DNA of 64,000 nt from Yuukianura sp. NJ FZ-2021 (lineage: Eukaryota), in NCBI GenBank assembly GCA_046563655.1, contig CM102287.1, positions 7,006,001-7,070,000 of the forward strand, written 5' to 3'. The position numbers and the translations under genes are program-made. The notes below the pieces were generated by a model. It did no database searches and was not told where the DNA came from. It saw nothing but the letters and a program-made list of their open reading frames with translations. Positions 59,101 to 64,000 of this stretch are shown here, one piece after another. The first letter of the stretch is position 1, and every line of letters begins with the position of its first letter.

Positions 59101-62100
59101 AGCCATTGAAGAGGGTCAAAGACCCGAGCAACATGTGAAAGGATTTCACGTTTGGTGAATGTTGAGAGAGATGGTGGTGGAGAGATTTTCACGCCAAAAG
59201 AATCTGAGGCTGGATGCCAGAAGAGCCCAATGGTCTTGACAGATTCGTCAACTTGAATGTCCATGGAGTAGTTTTCCCGCTCTTCTGGTGAAAGTGACTC
59301 GAGTACTTCCGGGCAGTTAGAAGCCCATTTTTGAAGAGGGAACTTGCCCATGGTGAGAACAGATTCAAGTTGAGACTTGAGTTGGATGACTTCTTCCGTT
59401 GTGTTTCCGCCTGAGAGTAGGTTGTCCACAAGGAAGTCGTTTTGAATTGAAGCGTAGGCGAGAGGGAAGTCTTCTTTGCATTCTTCCCCCAGTTGGCGTA
59501 GAACGCGAATGGCCAGAAATGGAGCAGTGGTTACGCCAAAAGTCAAACGAAGAAAACGAAGATGAGTGAATGGTTCACCCCGGTCTGGTCTCCACAGAAA
59601 ACGTTGAAAGTTGCAGTGTGATGGAGAGACCTTGATCTGATTGTAAAATTTTACAATGTCAGCACAGAGTGTGATGGGGTGAGTGCGGAAGCGCATGAGC
59701 AGTGGATGAAGATCCGTCTGGATTTTTGGACCAGAGTGGAGAATGGAGTTGAGAGAGTGTCCGGAACTGGTTTTTGACGAAGCGTTGAAAACGATCCGGA
59801 ACTTTGTGGTTGTATTCTCCGGCTTTACAACCACATGATGAGGTAGGTAGAACGGAGAAAGAGAGAGTTGAGTTCCATTAGCTGATGTGACCTTGACCTT
59901 CAGATTCGGAGAAAGTTCAGCGTCAGGAATCTTCTCGACCCAGTTTCTGGCAATGTAGTCCTGGATCTGAGTGTGATAGGCAGATTTGAGGGTAGGGTCC
60001 TTGTCGAGCTGACGTTCCAGTGAGAGGAAGCAGGAAGTTGCTTTCTTCATGGATTCCCCCAGATCCCCAGAATCTTTAAATGGTAAGCTGACTTCATACC
60101 GTCCAGTTGAGTCGCGGGAGACGGTACTCTGGAAGTGACTTTCAGCTTCCTGATCATCAGCCGTAAGTTGAGGTGATGGAGGAGATGGATCCTCAAATTC
60201 CCAAAATCGCTCAAGTGATGCTTCCAAACACTGATCGTTTGGATCACAAGAAGCGTGGCATGAAGTGACGCAAAAAGTTGAGGTGTGACCCGGGCTTAAC
60301 GGGGCTGTGCCCGTAAGAAACCAGCCAAAACGAGAGTCTTGTGCTGTAGGAGTTCCAGAAGGTCCAATTTTGAGTCCGGGCAGGAGCACTTGAGCGGTGG
60401 CTTCTGCGCCGAGTAAGATGTCAATTGATGACGGAATGTTGAATGTAGGATCGGCCAGAGACAGGCCAGTCAAGTGCGGAAATGACCCCTCGCAGTTGGA
60501 GCGTGGAAGTAGTCCAGTCAGACGAGGCAGAATGAGAGCCTTAACAGGAAAAACAAAGTTATCAAAACGTGAGTGTAAATCGAATTTTACCACTCCCTTT
60601 GTAGAACCTCCAGATGAACCACCAATTCCAGTCACGCTGACGCATGACTTCTGTCGCTTCAAGTTGAAACGATCAGCGAAGGCTTCAGAGACGAAGTTTG
60701 ATTCGGAACCGGGGTCCAGAAAGACACGGCAGAGTTGACGATCCCCATTCCGGTCAATGACTCTTGCGACGACAGTCGCCATCAGAACCACTTTGGTAGT
60801 GGTGGTCGTAGAGGACGAGTGATGGGATTCGACGTGAACGTCAGAAGATGTGGTTGAGCCGGATGCTGAGGGTGTTGTTCTTGCCGGTGAAGAATTTTTA
60901 GAAGATGAGCCAGGAGTTGACCCGTTTGGTTTAGGATGAAGAGGTGGGACGTGAGTTTCAAAGTGTAGAAGAGTGTGATGCTTTTTTGAACATTTAGCAC
61001 ACACCCCTTCACTTTTACACTCACGAGTCTGATGACTTGAAGATAAACAATTAAGACAAAGTTTCTTCTCACGGGCGGCAGCTGATCGGTCGTGAGGAAG
61101 TAACTTCATGAAATCCGGACATTTGTAGATCCGGTGATTCTTGTCGTTACACTGAGGACAGGCGAATTTGGATTTGGTTTGCGCTGTAGTAGTGTGATGG
61201 ACAGTGGGAGAAGAAGTGGTTGATTTTCCCTTTGATGACGATGATGATGTTGGAGTGAGGGCGTTGGCTCTTTTCTCCAGAAACTCCATGAACGGAGGAA
61301 GAGTAGGAAGTTCATCGTCGGTGGTCAATAACCACTGTCTTCTGGTCTCCTGATCGAGTTTCAAGTGGGCCCAGAAGACGATGAAAATATCCCAATGGGT
61401 GACATCCACGTTCAAAATCTTCAAGGAGCGAAGGCATTGGTTGATGGTGTCCACCAGTTTCAGAATTCCTTTGGAAGTATCTGGAACTGACTGAAGAGAA
61501 AAAAGTTTGGTTAGATGGGAAAACACAATTTCTCGTTTTTTATTAAAACGTTTTTCGACCAGTTCCCATGCTTCAGCGAAGCTGAGATTGTTGAGAGGAA
61601 ACGACGAAGCGATTGAAGCTGCTTCCCCAGTGAGAGAGTTCTTGAGGTAGACGAGTTTTTGAGCACCGGAAATTCTGGGATTCTGGATGACGGCAGCCTG
61701 GAATAGATCCGAGAAGTTCTGCCAATCGGTGTAATCGCCATTGAAAGTCGGTGGTTTAGTCTTTTCGAGCTTAAACTCAGATTCAATGTTCAGCGTTTCA
61801 ACATTTCTGGTAACTTGAGTATGGGTTTTAGGAGTAATTGACTCACGAGTTGAAAGAAGGATGAGATGGATGGTCTCGAACAGATCATCGCAGTCCTCAA
61901 GTATGGATTCGACATCCTTCCAAGAATCGTCGTCTGATGAGCTGAACACTTTGTCGATGTTTTGTTTTATGAAGTTCAGTTCGTTTTTAAGTTCAGTGAA
62001 CTTTCCTTCCTTCACTGAAACTTCACATGATGTAGTAGGGATCCAAACACTGGGAACAAGAGTTGTTTGGAAACGAATTACACTTTTGTGTAATCGTTTG

Positions 62101-62574
62101 AGGCTGAAGATGGTTGTAGCACTGGTTACCATGGAATCACTGGTAGAGGCCATGATTCACTGATAGAGTCACTGATAACTTGAAAAGGTTAATTTTAGAT
62201 GATCTGAAAAACAATGTTCAGGAACTTTCAACCTGAACTTTTACTGAATTGAAATAAACAAAAGGGATCTGACCAAATCTGAGAAGTTCAGATCAATCAG
62301 GGCTTTTAACCCTTGGTTTAATGAATGAAAGTTAATTAGAACAATTAATTGTTAAAGAGAGGTGAGAGCGAGTACTTAGACCTGTACTTGAAGTGACAAC
62401 GTGCTAAGATCGACTTAGAGCTAACAGAGCAAAAGAGAACAAAAGAACAAATCTAACTGCGTAGATGAGGGAGGGGCTAAGATGCCTGAAAATGAGGGAA
62501 TTTTGAACCTAAATTTAAGCGGTAATTTTAAACTAGAAAACCGAGTGGAAGCGGCTTGGGCAATTCCACAAACA
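56191..62574 (-). mobile_element. Full-length BEL/Pao LTR retrotransposon, element 2
   Basis: 360-bp LTRs (56191-56550, 62215-62574) look identical by eye. 5-bp TSD CCCTC and an intact ORF. Confidence 0.97.
56772..62153 (-). CDS. BEL/Pao Gag-Pol polyprotein (1793 aa)
   Basis: Same domain order and motifs as element 1. Both proteins end DDDVT(S/A)AFSSIN. Confidence 0.96.
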   Translation of the reverse strand: MASTSDSMVTSATTIFSLKRLHKSVIRFQTTLVPSVWIPTTSCEVSVKEGKFTELKNELNFIKQNIDKVFSSSDDDSWKDVESILEDCDDLFETIHLILLSTRESITPKTHTQVTRNVETLNIESEFKLEKTKPPTFNGDYTDWQNFSDLFQAAVIQNPRISGAQKLVYLKNSLTGEAASIASSFPLNNLSFAEAWELVEKRFNKKREIVFSHLTKLFSLQSVPDTSKGILKLVDTINQCLRSLKILNVDVTHWDIFIVFWAHLKLDQETRRQWLLTTDDELPTLPPFMEFLEKRANALTPTSSSSSKGKSTTSSPTVHHTTTAQTKSKFACPQCNDKNHRIYKCPDFMKLLPHDRSAAAREKKLCLNCLSSSHQTRECKSEGVCAKCSKKHHTLLHFETHVPPLHPKPNGSTPGSSSKNSSPARTTPSASGSTTSSDVHVESHHSSSTTTTTKVVLMATVVARVIDRNGDRQLCRVFLDPGSESNFVSEAFADRFNLKRQKSCVSVTGIGGSSGGSTKGVVKFDLHSRFDNFVFPVKALILPRLTGLLPRSNCEGSFPHLTGLSLADPTFNIPSSIDILLGAEATAQVLLPGLKIGPSGTPTAQDSRFGWFLTGTAPLSPGHTSTFCVTSCHASCDPNDQCLEASLERFWEFEDPSPPSPQLTADDQEAESHFQSTVSRDSTGRYEVSLPFKDSGDLGESMKKATSCFLSLERQLDKDPTLKSAYHTQIQDYIARNWVEKIPDAELSPNLKVKVTSANGTQLSLSPFYLPHHVVVKPENTTTKFRIVFNASSKTSSGHSLNSILHSGPKIQTDLHPLLMRFRTHPITLCADIVKFYNQIKVSPSHCNFQRFLWRPDRGEPFTHLRFLRLTFGVTTAPFLAIRVLRQLGEECKEDFPLAYASIQNDFLVDNLLSGGNTTEEVIQLKSQLESVLTMGKFPLQKWASNCPEVLESLSPEERENYSMDIQVDESVKTIGLFWHPASDSFGVKISPPPSLSTFTKREILSHVARVFDPLQWLSPVTISAKILLQSLWKEKIGWDDPIPHHYVKKWLKYSSELELLRDFRIPRCLTFATSVPASTVTHDLIGFCDASNLAYGACVYLRSKCEDEVKILLIAAKTKVAPVGGETTPRLELCSAVLLSQLVNSVYTALNSTKIKISSVLCFTDSTGALGQLFSTEKQTVFVANRVRKIKNSPVTTRWYHVPGELNPADCCSRGISPSNFLIHPLWLHGPDFLKAEDLPPQPYAENVATFIASLGAGATFASCGILRLIESTPSFSKMKRLLAYWIRLQNNHRTGAMPTSGPLTSVELEQAQLALIKEVQKACFPEELDFCAKKKQIKGNIKFLSPFLDHNGILRVGGRLQMSALEFSSRHPVLLPKCHSKPTSTEDRIFSHFVLAVARHFHEANLHAGPKLLLSLIRSEFWIPRGADLCTRIFKSCVICFKQRPHHTTQIMAPLPTARVTPDLPFLKVGVDYAGPLKIALIPGRNPRLIDAYVCVFICMATKAIHLEYVGGLSTPDFIAALQRFCAIRNTPAEIYCDGGRNFLGAKNEMEALQTLLSSPQHQHKVTLFATGEKINFYFSPPYGPHHGGLWEAAVKSMKLHLSRIVQGHHISLEEFVTLLARTSAALNSRPLTPVSNHPDDFQALTPFHFLSLRAPKYIPEEDLTSMKSHRSRWELIQQMSQHFFKSWSSDFLQSLQQKHKWLQVQPNLATGMMVLVQDVDSSFKHKRWTLGRIEATFPGPDGRVRTCDVRIPVDNSDKKGPNTKVYRRPITRLAPLPIDDDVTAAFSSIN

Positions 62575-62800
62575 CCCTCTTTGCAAATTTTTAATTATTT
62601 AGGAAATTTTTTATTTCAAATTTACTACAAGGAAGTCAAGTTTCTCTAGGACATTAAATGGACATTGTTATTTGTTAAATGAGATCTAGGTTAATTACTG
62701 CAATGAAGAAATTATTCTTTTGCTGCTTCCTAGCTTTCATCAGTTTAATACTCTCGTACTTTCGGAGCTTGCGGTTTTAAAGTAAAACGAGGAATCCAAA

Positions 62801-64000
62801 ATGAAACTTTTGCTAAGATATTTCATCTTCAAATTTTTGTTACTTCCTTCAACTTTTGAACAAACTTGTGGTAAAGGCAAAGGTACAACATGGAATGATG
62901 TAAGTGTATATTTTTGAATTCCAAAAAACTATAAAACGTTTTCTAAATTTCAAATTTCTATAATCTTTTCACCATCCAAAATACAATTAATACATCTATA
63001 TGACTATTGCATTACATAAACACTCAGATATGTATAATAGTTGAGCTTTATTTAGAAACTAAGTTACTTTTTCAGTGGTTAACCCAATCTTTCATAATGT
63101 TTAGATACATGTTGCGCTACCCAAGCAACATCCACTGACGTCGGATACGTTTGCGAACTATCCAGCATTTCTGAAGAACTTACCGGATGCTTTCAGCAAC
63201 ATCCGAGGGACGACCATTGCCGATATCATCCAGAACACGGCAGTCGGTTCCGAACTTCCATATGATGATTCTAGTTTCTTCAGCGCCTATCCATGCGAAG
63301 ATGGATTTGAACTCAAAGGCTACGGAGACGATTTTGTCCTTTGCTCCAGAATGAGCACGGTTGTTGAAAACCACTTCGAATATGGCGACAAGAAGTGTGT
63401 CAGAAACTACTGTGATTTGAAAGCACTCAACGAAATTGACCAACCTGGAGAAGGTTCGGTTGACGAAGATGTTGTGAACAACAATGTTCGAGGATCAGAA
63501 GCCGATCCAGAAACTTTGTGCCCTGCAAATTACACCGCTCCTTTTGATTGCTACAATGACAAAATGTAACGAAACATTCACTTTAGCATTAACTTTGAAG
63601 TTTTAAACGGTTTGTTCAATTTGTTTCACTTTTTTACATTAGAATTTAAAGATGTTTGTCTTGGTTTTAGTATATGTAGCGCCACCATTTGTACCAAACA
63701 TGGAATTCATGGCTTTGGAGAGAACGGATACGCATGTGCAACTAGCAGCGAGGATAACATTTTGCAATGTCTGGATTGCTTACCTGAAAAATCATGTCAG
63801 AGTTACCAATATGCTTGTGGTGTGTTAAGGATTACTATGCCTGGTGGAGGAGATGAGACTCAAGGCTTAATATGCTGTTCAAATACAGTTCTGGTAACGC
63901 TTTCACATTATTTAAGTGCAATTCTTGCATTCTAAATTCATTTTTAAATTTTGATTTCAGGACGTCGTGCTGGTACCCGTCACAGACCCAACGCACAGAA
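62801..64000 (+). CDS. Paralogue of the Cys-rich secreted protein (runs off window end)
   Basis: Exons 62801-62899, 63105-63565, 63671-63893, 63961-. Shares FANY..LPDAF.NIRGTT.ADIIQ, FEYGDKKC, CTKHG.HGFG and CLPEKSC.SYQYACG, with the same intron positions. Confidence 0.8.

Overview
Eukaryotic DNA with compact GT-AG introns. Gene content suggests an arthropod, possibly a springtail (inference only). 1-36.4 kb is gene-dense: GARS (3' part), IFT57, and a short NudC whose 7.7-kb intron holds MITE/Helentron-type inserts and an antisense nested membrane-protein gene. It also has three signal-peptide-bearing SEC14/CRAL-TRIO paralogues, a 57-aa acylated microprotein candidate, a SET-MYND gene, two knottin-like peptide genes, a GMC oxidoreductase, two EF-hand genes (one broken) and a secreted protein with four copies of an unfamiliar Cys-rich module. 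36.4-62.6 kb is a repeat block lying between two paralogues of that Cys-rich gene. It contains CRYL1 and WDR3 gene fragments, two intact convergent BEL/Pao LTR retrotransposons, a ~16-copy 570-bp tandem array and a type III hammerhead ribozyme. Three observations stand out. (1) Both BEL/Pao elements lack a tRNA primer-binding site; instead their LTR and leader base-pair, with compensatory changes between the two elements, and both have an LVDN RT motif. (2) Each array unit carries a ~200-nt RNA-like fold. (3) A hammerhead with a kissing-loop contact follows the array on the same strand. All folds and alignments were done by eye.
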